DNA of 55,046 bases. It comes from a virus. Taxonomy: Duplodnaviria > Caudoviricetes. Shown here piece by piece: positions 1-10,328 of this stretch (position 1 is the first letter of the stretch; every line of letters begins with the position of its first letter). The notes beneath the pieces were generated by a model. That model saw nothing but the letters and a program-made list of their open reading frames with translations. It was not told where the DNA came from and ran no database searches. The stretch spans positions 1-55,046 of IMG/VR virus record IMGVR_UViG_3300020451_002514, one strand, 5' to 3'. The translations under genes were made by a program, and so were the position numbers.

Positions 1-2
1 AA

Positions 3-374
3 GGCGTTGAATCACAAGAAGATAAAGGTTTAAGAGAGGGGTTAGATAAAGTAAACAATGAGCTTGAGTCTTTAAGTGAAGCTATTAATACGAACAAAAA
101 AGCTTTAGATAATTTCGCTACAAACTTTAGTACTGATGAGGCTAAGGGAATCCCCGCAAGTGTTAAATTAATGGCAGCAGATTTAAAACTAGCTGCTGAT
201 GGTGCTAAAAATATAAAGAACATAACTAAACCTTTTGAGAAGGTTACAGCGATGACGATAACTGCTGCTGAAACTGCTCAAGAAGTTGTTGGAAGAACAG
301 AAAAAGCATTAAAAGGCATGGTCTCAAGAGTAGAAGTATTAGAAAAAGAATTGTCAGCACTTAGAGGTGAATAA
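3..374 (+). CDS. 5'-truncated coiled-coil protein, probably the C-terminus of a tape measure protein
   Basis: The frame of ORF 171..374 is open back to position 3 (GVESQEDKGLREGLDKVNNELESLSEA...). Ala/Lys/Glu-rich helical sequence lying directly upstream of tail-like genes. Confidence 0.5.
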   Translation, partial: GVESQEDKGLREGLDKVNNELESLSEAINTNKKALDNFATNFSTDEAKGIPASVKLMAADLKLAADGAKNIKNITKPFEKVTAMTITAAETAQEVVGRTEKALKGMVSRVEVLEKELSALRGE

Positions 375-379
375 TTAAA

Positions 380-1921
380 ATGGCATCAATAATAGCAAAC
401 AATATAATAAGTTCCTCTTCCAATATTTCATATCAGTATAATGAAACGGAAGAAGTGTTTGGATATGTTATATCCGCGACTTATAATTTAAATGTTGCTG
501 ATGTCGCTTTTGAAAATGGTGATGGTTTTTTAATTGCAGGTAGAGAGGCTGTAAGAGCAGCATACGCAAAGCCAGAAATTGTAGCTAGGATAGGTGGAGA
601 TGAATTTTTAAAAGGTCAAATTCAAAGTGTCTCTTTCTCAGATGGAACTTTAGTTGGTTCTGAAACTGCAAACATAACTATTCAAGAATCTAGAAGATTA
701 GATGACTACTCTTCTACAAACTTTTGCAAATATATTCCTAATCCGCATTTAGTAAGTTCTTTTGCTGAGACTTATAATTTTACTAGATCAGAAGATACAT
801 ATAGCTATTCAAGAGATATAAATTTAACATACAAGCAAGGAGCTGGAGATAGGTTCTTGAACGATGCTAGAGTTTTCCTCACTCAATATTATTTTGCTAA
901 CAGGCCATCATTCGGGTTCCAATCAGATGGTATATCTGAAGATGCTACATTTAATAAAGACTACAGGGGTTTACTCACAGAGAAATACGACCTAATAGGT
1001 CTGACAGTTGGATTAACAGAAAATTTCAATTCTTCTTTTATAGATAACACCAATAATATTTCTAGAAAAGAAACTCAAACAACGACAGTTGATGAAAAGG
1101 GTTATCTTAAAAAGACATTTGCTTTTGAATTAACATCACTAAGATTTGATTCGCAGAACATATTGCAAGAGGCTATGAAGACAATCATAGCTGAAGTCAT
1201 GACAGCTCAAGGGTCAACTCTTGGAGATCCTTCATCAATATCTAAGGGTATCAAAAAAGATGGCAACTCTGCATCTTTAAGTATTAGTTTTTCTACAAAC
1301 CCTATAGAAAGACAAGGTGATTTAGTAACCTATTCTGTTGAAGAGAGAAAAAATCAAAAATTTAAAGACTATGTATTGTCTGCGACCTACAAGGCTAAAG
1401 GAAAAACCGATAGAGAAAAATTCAATCAAGCTAAAACTTTATGGATTTCAGACAAAGATAATAATATAACTAAAGTACAAAGTGTGTTTGCTGGATTGCC
1501 CACAATATTTGAGAAAGATAGAAATTGTAACTTTCAAAAGACTGAAGGTACTATAACAGAAACTATAACTTTTACAGACGACCCAGCTTATAAAAATCAA
1601 TCAGATGGATTACTTAAATTAAAGATAACATCTTCTAACACAAAAAAGATAAGAAGAAATCAATTGGTTTATGATCTTGGAGATTTAAAAGAGAAGCTTG
1701 TTGTTAGTGATTTAGAAAGTGTAGGCCAAGCGTCAGTGACTGCTACAGCGACTATAGATCCAAATAGAGATTTATTTGGAGGAAAAGAAAAATTACTAAA
1801 TAAGACTTCTGATATGCAAGAGTTTGTTACAGGCTCAAAAGTTTTTACCACTTCAGATGTTGTAAATGTAAATTTAGGAGAAGGAACCTCAACTAGAACA
1901 ATTAATTATTTATATATTTAA
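380..1921 (+). CDS. Putative tail/baseplate structural protein (beta-rich, internally repeated)
   Basis: 513 aa, Ser/Thr-rich alternating beta pattern, TAATG coupling to the next gene, looks paralogous to 1921..3522. Function inferred from context. Confidence 0.5.
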   Translation: MASIIANNIISSSSNISYQYNETEEVFGYVISATYNLNVADVAFENGDGFLIAGREAVRAAYAKPEIVARIGGDEFLKGQIQSVSFSDGTLVGSETANITIQESRRLDDYSSTNFCKYIPNPHLVSSFAETYNFTRSEDTYSYSRDINLTYKQGAGDRFLNDARVFLTQYYFANRPSFGFQSDGISEDATFNKDYRGLLTEKYDLIGLTVGLTENFNSSFIDNTNNISRKETQTTTVDEKGYLKKTFAFELTSLRFDSQNILQEAMKTIIAEVMTAQGSTLGDPSSISKGIKKDGNSASLSISFSTNPIERQGDLVTYSVEERKNQKFKDYVLSATYKAKGKTDREKFNQAKTLWISDKDNNITKVQSVFAGLPTIFEKDRNCNFQKTEGTITETITFTDDPAYKNQSDGLLKLKITSSNTKKIRRNQLVYDLGDLKEKLVVSDLESVGQASVTATATIDPNRDLFGGKEKLLNKTSDMQEFVTGSKVFTTSDVVNVNLGEGTSTRTINYLYI

Positions 1922-3522
1922 TGGCCGATCCTACTATAACATATGGAAGTTATACATTTCCAACTCCAAGTCCTCTTGTAGCAGAAACATCAAATCCTAT
2001 TGTTATAAGTGGACAATCTGATTTTTTCTTAGATGAGGTTAATTTAGTTGGAACTTTAACTGGCGCTAACCTTAGTGGATTGCATGTCAGAAAAATGCAA
2101 ATGGTTAGTGGTTTGCTGTCAGAATTTAAGACCCTTACTGTTACAGGAGATAATAAAGGAAAGTTTTATAGTGGAGCCAAGCCGACATCAATATCTTTTT
2201 CTGAATCTGACTTAACAACGATCCTACCTTACTCTGTCACTTTTGAGGCTTATTCATCTGGCGCTTTTAGCAACTTTTTTGGTGTTGTAGATCCTCAAGA
2301 TAATTGGACATTCTCAGAGCAAGATGGAAGAGTTTCTAATGTTTCACATGTTGTTTCTGCAAGAGGATTAAATTTGGGCAATAGCGTAAGTGCATTAACA
2401 AACGCCAAGAATTTTGTATCTGGTAGAATTACAGGAAGCAATGGAGGTTATAGAAATATTAGTTTATTTCAAACAGGTACTAAAGCTTTCCTAAGATCAA
2501 AAACAGAGACTATAGATAATAAAGCAAGCTCATATAGTATTACTGAAGAGTATAATTGTTCTACCAGTGATAATAGAATCAATAATAATCCAAGTGGTAT
2601 ATTAGAATCAAATGCTGAAATATCGTTAGACTCTCAAGGAAAAGTTTCTGTAAGTATAAATGGAAGTTTAAAAGGTTCTATAACTGGCGCTCTTCTGACA
2701 ACAGGAAACTTCACTCCTACTCAGGCTCAGGAGTTAGCCGTCAATGCAGTAGCTTCTTCTCTTTCTGATTTTGAATCAGGAGCATATACTTTTTCAAACG
2801 TTGGTCCAAGTTCTTATGAGTACCAATTAAATACAGGAAGCAACAGTTTAAATTTTACTTTTACTTTCTCCGATTCTTCTAACACTGAACAGTCTGGGAA
2901 TATATTGCACACTAAATCAGCTTCCGTAAGCTGCTCCAAAGATGATGCTAATACTAAAGTATCTATCAATGGCGATTTAAAATATCACTCAAATTCTGCT
3001 GTCATAAATTCCACAGGTGATCCTACATCAAGTCAACAATGGCTAGAGTTAAGAAGAGAATTTAGCGGTATAAACTTTTTTAATTTAGCTGTAGAAGCTT
3101 TACAAGATTTCACTGGAAATGCCACTGGTTATCAAATAAGTGGGTTAAATTTAAATCAAACTCCAATAGAAAGCGGTGTTAATAAAAATCCATTTGAAGG
3201 AACTATATCTTATAATGTTTCTTTTGATAATAAGCTTGATTTAAGTAATGGAGACTTAACTGGTTTAAGAGTTTCAATAACTGATACTAGACCAATACAG
3301 GTAAGTGGAATAAAGCCATCAATAGCTGGATTTGCGACACAGAATGTTAAAGAAAGACAAATGGGTTTATATGCGGTGTCTGCTACTTGCGAAGGAGACA
3401 CTGGAACTTTGCCAACTTTAGCAAACAACGTAAACAAATATATAACAGGTGTTTTTGACCAAGCTAAAAGCGAAAGCGTTGGAGAAAATACTATATCTTT
3501 TAACTTAAGCAGATATTACTAA
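1921..3522 (+). CDS. Putative tail/baseplate structural protein, S/T-G rich
   Basis: 533 aa with repeated beta modules (e.g. ALTNAKNFV; NPFEGTISYNVSFDN) and about 26 SG/TG dipeptides. Confidence 0.5.
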   Translation: MADPTITYGSYTFPTPSPLVAETSNPIVISGQSDFFLDEVNLVGTLTGANLSGLHVRKMQMVSGLLSEFKTLTVTGDNKGKFYSGAKPTSISFSESDLTTILPYSVTFEAYSSGAFSNFFGVVDPQDNWTFSEQDGRVSNVSHVVSARGLNLGNSVSALTNAKNFVSGRITGSNGGYRNISLFQTGTKAFLRSKTETIDNKASSYSITEEYNCSTSDNRINNNPSGILESNAEISLDSQGKVSVSINGSLKGSITGALLTTGNFTPTQAQELAVNAVASSLSDFESGAYTFSNVGPSSYEYQLNTGSNSLNFTFTFSDSSNTEQSGNILHTKSASVSCSKDDANTKVSINGDLKYHSNSAVINSTGDPTSSQQWLELRREFSGINFFNLAVEALQDFTGNATGYQISGLNLNQTPIESGVNKNPFEGTISYNVSFDNKLDLSNGDLTGLRVSITDTRPIQVSGIKPSIAGFATQNVKERQMGLYAVSATCEGDTGTLPTLANNVNKYITGVFDQAKSESVGENTISFNLSRYY

Positions 3523-3523
3523 A

Positions 3524-4900
3524 ATGGGATTAAGTGGAGTACAATATGCAATAAATCATAACTTTACTAATAATGACCCTTTGTTAGTTTATTATGATTT
3601 TTCTAGTGGAACAGGAACGTCTCTAGCGTTTACTGAGGATGTAGACGCTGTTATTAATAACCAAGATCCATCTATAAATACGGGCGCTTTTAGTGGTATA
3701 ATAATAAATTCAAGGGCAGGTAGTGAAGCGGCCTCTAAAACATATGCTACTGGCGAGTTTTTAACTAGCAATAAAGCTAGATTAAGCACATCTAACATAA
3801 AAGTTCCAACATCAACACTCAACTATAATTCACTAACAGCCATATTTGATTTTGAATTTGATACCGCACATCCTGTCACTGGCGGAGTTTTATTTGGAGC
3901 TTTAGAAAAGACTTCTCAAACAATAAATGGAGAAGTTATAACGGGAGCTAAGGGGTATAACTTTGGCATAAATGATAGAGGTAAACTTTATTATCAAGGA
4001 TTTGACCGTCATGGTGATTTCATGCACATGGCATCAGACATAGAGTTATCTAAAAGAAACTTAATATCCTTTTCTTTAGACTCTAATATTTTAGAGATGA
4101 CTAGAGTTGATTATCTTAACCAAAAAATACATAGCAGAAACTATATTGTAGACACTTCGTTTATAGCTAATTCAGATAACTTTTTCTTAGGAGGATCAAA
4201 TACATTTTACAAGACATCAAGCTCAAGCGACACAACATTTAGTGGATTCATAAATGAGTTCGCTTTGATCTCAGGTTATATCTCTACTGATATTGTCAAA
4301 AGTATTGGTAGTGGCATGATAGGTGAATACTTCTTTAGTTCAGGATCTCCTACAATTAAACAACAGATAACAGGTTATTCAGAATCAATAATCTATAAAA
4401 CTGGTATTACTGGATATGATTTTAATCAAACTGGAACTTTGACAATAACTACTGGTAGAAGTATGCAAACAGGATCGTTTGCTTCAGATTCTACAAGTTC
4501 TGTTGAAGAAGGAGATAAATATTTTAAATATTATACCTTAGATAATGGAGATGCAAAAACATTTTATAAAGAAGAAATTGGATTTTTAAATCCTACATCT
4601 GGATTTAATTATGCTCCAACAGGTTCTGGGGCATTTGCTACTTTAGGATTAAATGACATATCTGCTTCTATAAATACTTTTACAGAAACTACAGGTATCG
4701 AAGGAGCTGGAAATGTAACAATTCCTCTTTACAAAAGTTTAATTCAAACAGGAACTTTAAATGAAATAAGTGGAATAACTACAACAGCATTAACTGAAAC
4801 AATTAGTGTTCCAGCTATACCAATTTCAGGTATAGTATTATCAGGCGATTCAGAAACTTTAAAGAAAGACTATATATATTACATGAGACAAAGAATATGA
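3524..4900 (+). CDS. Virion protein with LamG/concanavalin-like domain
   Basis: LLVYYDFS ... FFLGGS ... FSGFINEFALISG matches the LamG-like pattern. The C-terminal half is Thr/Gly-rich. Confidence 0.55.
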   Translation: MGLSGVQYAINHNFTNNDPLLVYYDFSSGTGTSLAFTEDVDAVINNQDPSINTGAFSGIIINSRAGSEAASKTYATGEFLTSNKARLSTSNIKVPTSTLNYNSLTAIFDFEFDTAHPVTGGVLFGALEKTSQTINGEVITGAKGYNFGINDRGKLYYQGFDRHGDFMHMASDIELSKRNLISFSLDSNILEMTRVDYLNQKIHSRNYIVDTSFIANSDNFFLGGSNTFYKTSSSSDTTFSGFINEFALISGYISTDIVKSIGSGMIGEYFFSSGSPTIKQQITGYSESIIYKTGITGYDFNQTGTLTITTGRSMQTGSFASDSTSSVEEGDKYFKYYTLDNGDAKTFYKEEIGFLNPTSGFNYAPTGSGAFATLGLNDISASINTFTETTGIEGAGNVTIPLYKSLIQTGTLNEISGITTTALTETISVPAIPISGIVLSGDSETLKKDYIYYMRQRI

Positions 4901-5718
4901 TATACGACTACACATTTTCTACAGGTGATGCCACTATATCAGGATGTATTCTTTCTGGTTATATTGGACAAAAAGATAATGCATCAAGTTTTCAAGATAA
5001 TTTTTACTATGATTCTTCTTTAATAACAGGTTTAAAAAATATGAAGTTGGCTTCTAATGGTCAAACTTTATATGAAGAAGGTCCAATTGAAACAGCGGCG
5101 ACAAATGAAACTATTTTTCAAATATTTTCAGGAGACATTTTTCTTAAAACTGGGGCCGCTGATGAGTTTGATAGAAATAAAATTTTTGGTGACCCTACAA
5201 CTCCATTTAAATCTACATATAATATAAAATATGAAAAATATACTGGCAAGTCTGCTGTAGGATTAGGAACTGCTGGGGCTAGCCTTGGTGCGGCTCTTAG
5301 CTCTGGTATTAGTGGGTTTGAAGCTAATTTGACTTTTATAGATTATGATTATTTTTTAAATGGTCAAAAAGTATATTCAGGAGTTGGGTGTGGGGTATCT
5401 GCTGGAATAGGCACTCAATTTATACTAAGTTTTGATGAGGTAGCCAAAGGTGGAATCATAACAAATGACAATGAAAACAATTTTAAAGCTTTTGCTTTTA
5501 TAAAGCAAGATAGAATAAATGAGGTGACAGGCGTGAATCCTGATGTTTATGGTACAGGATTTATAGAAGATCAAACGTCTTTTTACTTAAATGGAGTAAA
5601 AGAGTCTGATGATATGTATCTAGAAATGTATACAGGTGTAACTATTATAAAAACAGGTGTGTCTGCTGGGGTTTTTACCTTTGCATCACCTAATGGAACA
5701 GCAAGTGTGAGCTTATGA
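4897..5718 (+). CDS. Putative tail/baseplate structural protein
   Basis: 273 aa with repeated YFLNGQK / FYLNGVK / ASNGQT motifs typical of phage structural beta repeats. ATGA overlaps on both sides. Confidence 0.5.
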   Translation: MIYDYTFSTGDATISGCILSGYIGQKDNASSFQDNFYYDSSLITGLKNMKLASNGQTLYEEGPIETAATNETIFQIFSGDIFLKTGAADEFDRNKIFGDPTTPFKSTYNIKYEKYTGKSAVGLGTAGASLGAALSSGISGFEANLTFIDYDYFLNGQKVYSGVGCGVSAGIGTQFILSFDEVAKGGIITNDNENNFKAFAFIKQDRINEVTGVNPDVYGTGFIEDQTSFYLNGVKESDDMYLEMYTGVTIIKTGVSAGVFTFASPNGTASVSL

Positions 5719-8384
5719 GTTTAGAAACTATAAATAGTGTAGATATAAATTTTTCTAATGGTGCAGGTGGACACACTGCAACAGTAAACTCAACTATTGA
5801 TGTGAAAAATTCAGACGGGTCTCCTTCTTTGGGTGTTGTTGACGGAGAGATAGGATCTAAGAATTATTTTTCTAAGAATGAGATAAATAATATTATGTCC
5901 AGATTTATCTGTACATCTCTTACTAAAAATCAAGGTCCAATAGGGTTAACTGTTTCTAGGAAATATTCAGACATAACATCTCTAACCTTGAAATCTTACT
6001 TAGTCATGGTGAGAGGTGTAAATGCACCGCCAGATAACTCTAACTCTTTCGAGGGGATGTTTCCATTCTTTTCTGAAGTAAAAGGAAGTCCTTTAGAGTC
6101 TTATCCATCTACTAGCGTTAGAGAGATAGAAGGTAAAAGAATTTTAGTCGTAGGAAAAATATATAACTATGAAAGCGTAACTGTACTAAATGGCTTGAAA
6201 GTTTCTTTGGTTTATAATGATCAACAACTAAAAAAGAATCTTTGTTTAAATCAAGATACTGTAACGCAGCAATATAAAGACTTGCCAAGTTTATCTAATT
6301 ATACTTTAAAGTTTGGATATACTTTAGACGAATATTTGGAAATGCTTGATCATGTGGGTATAGTTCATAAAGGTTTAGAAAATGTAGAGAACGGAGATAC
6401 TATTTTATTTGAGAATAGTGGAACTTTAGCAGATGTAACTTCTGCAATAGCAGCTTATTTTGGATACTATTATTTTATTGATCCAAATACAGGAAATTTA
6501 AATTTTATTGATAGTAGAATAGCATCTGATATAAAAATTACTGATTTTACAAAAACAACTGACGAAAATATTGTTTCTGCGACTTTTACTGAAGATAAGT
6601 TCACTCCAGAAATAGTTAATGCTTATATAGGAAGCGCAGATAAACCTAGTATCAATACAGAACAAGGTAGATTTAAATTTGAAAATGGAGCTGGTGGTGA
6701 TGGAGGTAGAGATACTAGAGTAAATTTTTACCAACTTAGAAATCAAGATATATTGATAGATTCAAACAAGACTCAAACTCTTGATCCTAGAATTTTAGCA
6801 GCATACTATCTTTATTTTGCTTTAGGACTTTCTAATAACAAACCTCTTTTTGATATATATACTTTTGCTTTAATGTTAGCAAACTTTCCATTTAGAAAAA
6901 AGATAGATGACTTTGCTCAATTATTTAAAGGAGGATTTCAATTTAATACAGCTATATACCCCCACGCTAGATTAGCTAATTTTACAAAACAAAAATTCTG
7001 TAAAGACGCTAGATCTCCAACAGAGGTTGGAGTTGATAGAAGTTTTGCAGAAGAAGGCCAAACTGTAGCAGAGGCGGGGAAAACTTATGTGGTTAATGAT
7101 AAAAATTGGCTTAATCAAAACCCTGAAGATGGTATAAACCAGAAATTTAAAGCTTCAGCTAAAATTAATGATCTTCCTCAAGCATTTAGCAAAAAATATG
7201 GTTTAGCTGAAGCTGCCAATTATCCTTTAACTCCTATAGATGTTATTGAGAAAGGAGCTACAATAACTCCTAAGTTAGAGATGCCATCAGACAGTAACTT
7301 ATATAGTTTCTTAGAAAAGTATTTTAAATTTGCTGGAAGTGCTTACATTTCTTCAGGAATGTCTGAGGATAAAGCTGTAAGAATATCGATTGAAGATAAT
7401 GGTTTAAAACTGATTGGCCCATTTAGTAAAAACGACAGCATTAGAGATGCTATAAATAAAGACAACGAATCTGAAGAGTATTTTAAGTGGTTGATAGAAT
7501 ACAGAGGATTTACTGAAAATACACTAATTAGAACTTTAATTGGTCCTGCCATTTTTGGTAAACAAGACGCAGGTGATTTTCATTATATTGTTTTAAATGA
7601 ATTTGCTATAAGTGCGCCTTTACCAAATGTTAGAGGCAATAAAGAAGATGTCACAAAAGAATTAAAAGAAAAATTCCTTTTTTTACAAAAAATGTCTTTC
7701 CTTCTTGGAGGAGATGGGGAAAAAGACAAATTTTCTTTAGTTGAGTCAAGAACTCCAGAGGTTCTTAACAATGGTGATATATTTAGCAGGGTAACTAACT
7801 TAGCAAGAATCTCAAAGTCAGGTTATCAAAGGGCTATTGAAAATGCTGATGCCTTGGATAGAAAACAAATAAGGTTAGATGCTACTATTTTCAATAAACC
7901 TGTGCAGCAAATAGGTGATGATCCTGATGATGATGATAATGAACAACTTGTGGGAGATCCTGTAGATAACGAAAAATTACAAGAATTACTACAAAGATAC
8001 GACTTAAAATCTTTTAAGTTTGATGCTCCTAAAACTGATCAGTATACACCTTTAAGTTTAGTGGTAGCTAACGGTTCTACTATTGAAGTAAATGCATTAA
8101 GAGAAGCAACTAAAAAAAGTTATTTAGATTCTCCTCCAAAAAATCTAAAATCATCCTCAAAGACAATTTATGGATTAGAGATACCTTCAGAGTTTAAAAT
8201 AACTACAAGTTCTTTTCAAATAAGAGTTGGTTCTGATGGTATAACAACAACTATTGGAGAATCAACACTTAAGCTAATACCGCCGACTCAAGAGTTTATT
8301 GTAAATCAAGCTATGGAAACTATAGGAACTCCTTCTATAAATCCAAGACTAAGATCTACTCAGAGAAATTACTTAGGTTTATAA
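5715..8384 (+). CDS. Large putative tail/baseplate hub protein
   Basis: 889 aa, last gene of the structural block. AAYFGYYYFIDPNTGNLNFID and the C-terminal FQIRVGSDGITTTI resemble hub-type proteins. Confidence 0.4.
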   Translation: MSLETINSVDINFSNGAGGHTATVNSTIDVKNSDGSPSLGVVDGEIGSKNYFSKNEINNIMSRFICTSLTKNQGPIGLTVSRKYSDITSLTLKSYLVMVRGVNAPPDNSNSFEGMFPFFSEVKGSPLESYPSTSVREIEGKRILVVGKIYNYESVTVLNGLKVSLVYNDQQLKKNLCLNQDTVTQQYKDLPSLSNYTLKFGYTLDEYLEMLDHVGIVHKGLENVENGDTILFENSGTLADVTSAIAAYFGYYYFIDPNTGNLNFIDSRIASDIKITDFTKTTDENIVSATFTEDKFTPEIVNAYIGSADKPSINTEQGRFKFENGAGGDGGRDTRVNFYQLRNQDILIDSNKTQTLDPRILAAYYLYFALGLSNNKPLFDIYTFALMLANFPFRKKIDDFAQLFKGGFQFNTAIYPHARLANFTKQKFCKDARSPTEVGVDRSFAEEGQTVAEAGKTYVVNDKNWLNQNPEDGINQKFKASAKINDLPQAFSKKYGLAEAANYPLTPIDVIEKGATITPKLEMPSDSNLYSFLEKYFKFAGSAYISSGMSEDKAVRISIEDNGLKLIGPFSKNDSIRDAINKDNESEEYFKWLIEYRGFTENTLIRTLIGPAIFGKQDAGDFHYIVLNEFAISAPLPNVRGNKEDVTKELKEKFLFLQKMSFLLGGDGEKDKFSLVESRTPEVLNNGDIFSRVTNLARISKSGYQRAIENADALDRKQIRLDATIFNKPVQQIGDDPDDDDNEQLVGDPVDNEKLQELLQRYDLKSFKFDAPKTDQYTPLSLVVANGSTIEVNALREATKKSYLDSPPKNLKSSSKTIYGLEIPSEFKITTSSFQIRVGSDGITTTIGESTLKLIPPTQEFIVNQAMETIGTPSINPRLRSTQRNYLGL

Positions 8385-8386
8385 TA

Positions 8387-9184
8387 CTACCCTTGAGCTT
8401 TTCTAATAAGAGCTATTATAATTCTACATTCTTTAGCAGGGATATCATTAAAGCTATTCCACTCTTTGATGTCTTCATTTTTATAAACCTCGCTCTTCCA
8501 TAGAGTTCTTAAGTATCCTTTAAAGTCATCAAATTCACTAATATGTAAAACATCAGCTAGTGTTTGCTGTAACGTTCCTGAAGGAGTGATTGGGAAAATT
8601 TGCGAAGGTTCTCCAAACTTTTTCTTTGCTGGCGCTTTATCTTCAGATTTATCTATTTCATCTGCACCTACAATGTGAATACCTAAATAATTACGGACGC
8701 ATCTTACAAAAGCTCTATTGCATGCGATTGTTTCTAAGAACTTAGAGCAAAATGAGTCAGTGTTTTCTAAAGTTGCATTTGCTACATCATCGTAAAGAGT
8801 AGAATATTCAGAAACACACTCGTAATTGTTGCACCAATTTATAGTACATTTAGCAACAACATAATCTTGTGTGACATTTGTAATATCATAAGATACTGAG
8901 GTATACCCTCTCAACTTTGCTAATTCCTTTATACCTCCAAGCATTACTAATAGCTGATTATCTTGTAAACCTTCGGTGGTTGTAGGAATATCCATTTTCC
9001 TAGATTCAAACCACTCTTTATTAGCATAAAGAAATTCAGGTTTTATCATAGATCTCCAATCAACAGAGCCATCATCATTGAACTTATAATTTACATTTTC
9101 TAGTAAACCATGATTGTCTCTCTTATAGATATCGGGGCCGTAAATTTTCTTTTTGCTCATAACTGTTGGTGCTGGAATGTTCAT
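8387..9184 (-). CDS. Putative Rad52/Sak-like single-strand annealing protein
   Basis: YVVAKCTINW...DVANA...LETIACNRAFVRCVRNYLGIHIVGADEID resembles the Rad52-fold AETRAxxRAlR..lgI...eE motif. An alternative start is at 9160. Confidence 0.5.
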   Translation of the reverse strand: MNIPAPTVMSKKKIYGPDIYKRDNHGLLENVNYKFNDDGSVDWRSMIKPEFLYANKEWFESRKMDIPTTTEGLQDNQLLVMLGGIKELAKLRGYTSVSYDITNVTQDYVVAKCTINWCNNYECVSEYSTLYDDVANATLENTDSFCSKFLETIACNRAFVRCVRNYLGIHIVGADEIDKSEDKAPAKKKFGEPSQIFPITPSGTLQQTLADVLHISEFDDFKGYLRTLWKSEVYKNEDIKEWNSFNDIPAKECRIIIALIRKAQG

Positions 9185-9218
9185 GACAGTTCATAACTGT
9201 TCATGACTGTTCATCATC
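9179..9218. repeat. Four tandem degenerate 10-bp repeats (GTTCATRACW)
   Basis: gttcatgaca gttcataact gttcatgact gttcatcatc read directly from the sequence. Confidence 0.85.
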
Positions 9219-10328
9219 ATTGTAGAGCATAAACCAATCTAAATCAACAAATAAATCATTCTCATTTTTTCTTTCATTCCTATCGTAATGACTTTCATAA
9301 ATATTATTGCCGCAAATAATCTTTTTCCTGCTTTTTATTTTTAATGAATTTAAATTCACACCTTCGAGTGTTTTTTTATTATCTTGTATAAGCTTTGGTT
9401 TTTTATCTTCATGTATGAGATAATCGAAAAATCTTACTCTTTCTTTATCAATGTTTTTTTTGCTTTTACATACAAGCGTTGTGTCCAATCCAGATTTCTT
9501 TAAAAGCGCCACAAAATCTTCATCAAAAGAATCAGCTTCATAGGTTATTCTTGATATCCTTTTAGACATTATTATATTGGCATCTATTGGATTGTTTGTT
9601 GTAACTTCCGCAGGAGTAAATTGTAGAATTTTGCCTAGCACATCCTCATTGTGAGCCAAGTCCATCCTTATCGAAACAGGGCCGCCTTGAAAATTAGTTG
9701 GTTGTGATGGGACAACTTCGATACAATTAAATATTGATCTTGGTCCCATGTAAATAGTTTTTTGTTTTATTTTTTCATCTATCTCTAAAACATCCAGAAC
9801 TGCTTGAGCTATTTTTTCTGGTTTAATTAAATTGATTGTCTTTGGGTTTTCTTCTAAAGCAAAGGATGGTTTTCTACCATCTCTATCAGATTCTATTGCG
9901 ATAGCTTTACTTTTTTTATTCCACAAAGGGTCGCAAGTATTTGCATAAGTGTGTGAGTATATTCCAACGACAGGTTTATCAAAAGCTGAAGCTAGATGAA
10001 CTGGAACGCTGTCAATTCCCACATGACCTAGTGATTTGCGAATAATGTAACTACTTTGTTTTAAGGAGAAAGTCGGAAGATGTTTATCTACTCCTTCTAT
10101 GGTCTCTTCTCCAAAAGCTCCTATTTGTATTATCTTGATATCTCCTAGATGTGGTTTTAATAACTCAATAACTTCTGGCCAAAAGTTGTATTCCTTCGCT
10201 TGAATTTTTTTATCATTATGGATGGTGATATATTTATCAAATGGTACAGGAAAAAAGTGAGGTTTGACTACTGGCTTACCTATTGTTACTCCACAACATT
10301 TTGCGTATTCTTCTGCTAAGTGGCTCAT
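9201..10328 (-). CDS. GT9 (heptosyltransferase-like) protein: C-terminal lobe plus an extra domain
   Basis: KEYNFWPEVIELL...IIQIG...HVGIDSVPVHLASAFDKPVVGIY is the GT9 nucleotide-sugar-binding signature. The N-terminal lobe is missing. Confidence 0.75.
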   Translation of the reverse strand: MSHLAEEYAKCCGVTIGKPVVKPHFFPVPFDKYITIHNDKKIQAKEYNFWPEVIELLKPHLGDIKIIQIGAFGEETIEGVDKHLPTFSLKQSSYIIRKSLGHVGIDSVPVHLASAFDKPVVGIYSHTYANTCDPLWNKKSKAIAIESDRDGRKPSFALEENPKTINLIKPEKIAQAVLDVLEIDEKIKQKTIYMGPRSIFNCIEVVPSQPTNFQGGPVSIRMDLAHNEDVLGKILQFTPAEVTTNNPIDANIIMSKRISRITYEADSFDEDFVALLKKSGLDTTLVCKSKKNIDKERVRFFDYLIHEDKKPKLIQDNKKTLEGVNLNSLKIKSRKKIICGNNIYESHYDRNERKNENDLFVDLDWFMLYNDDEQS

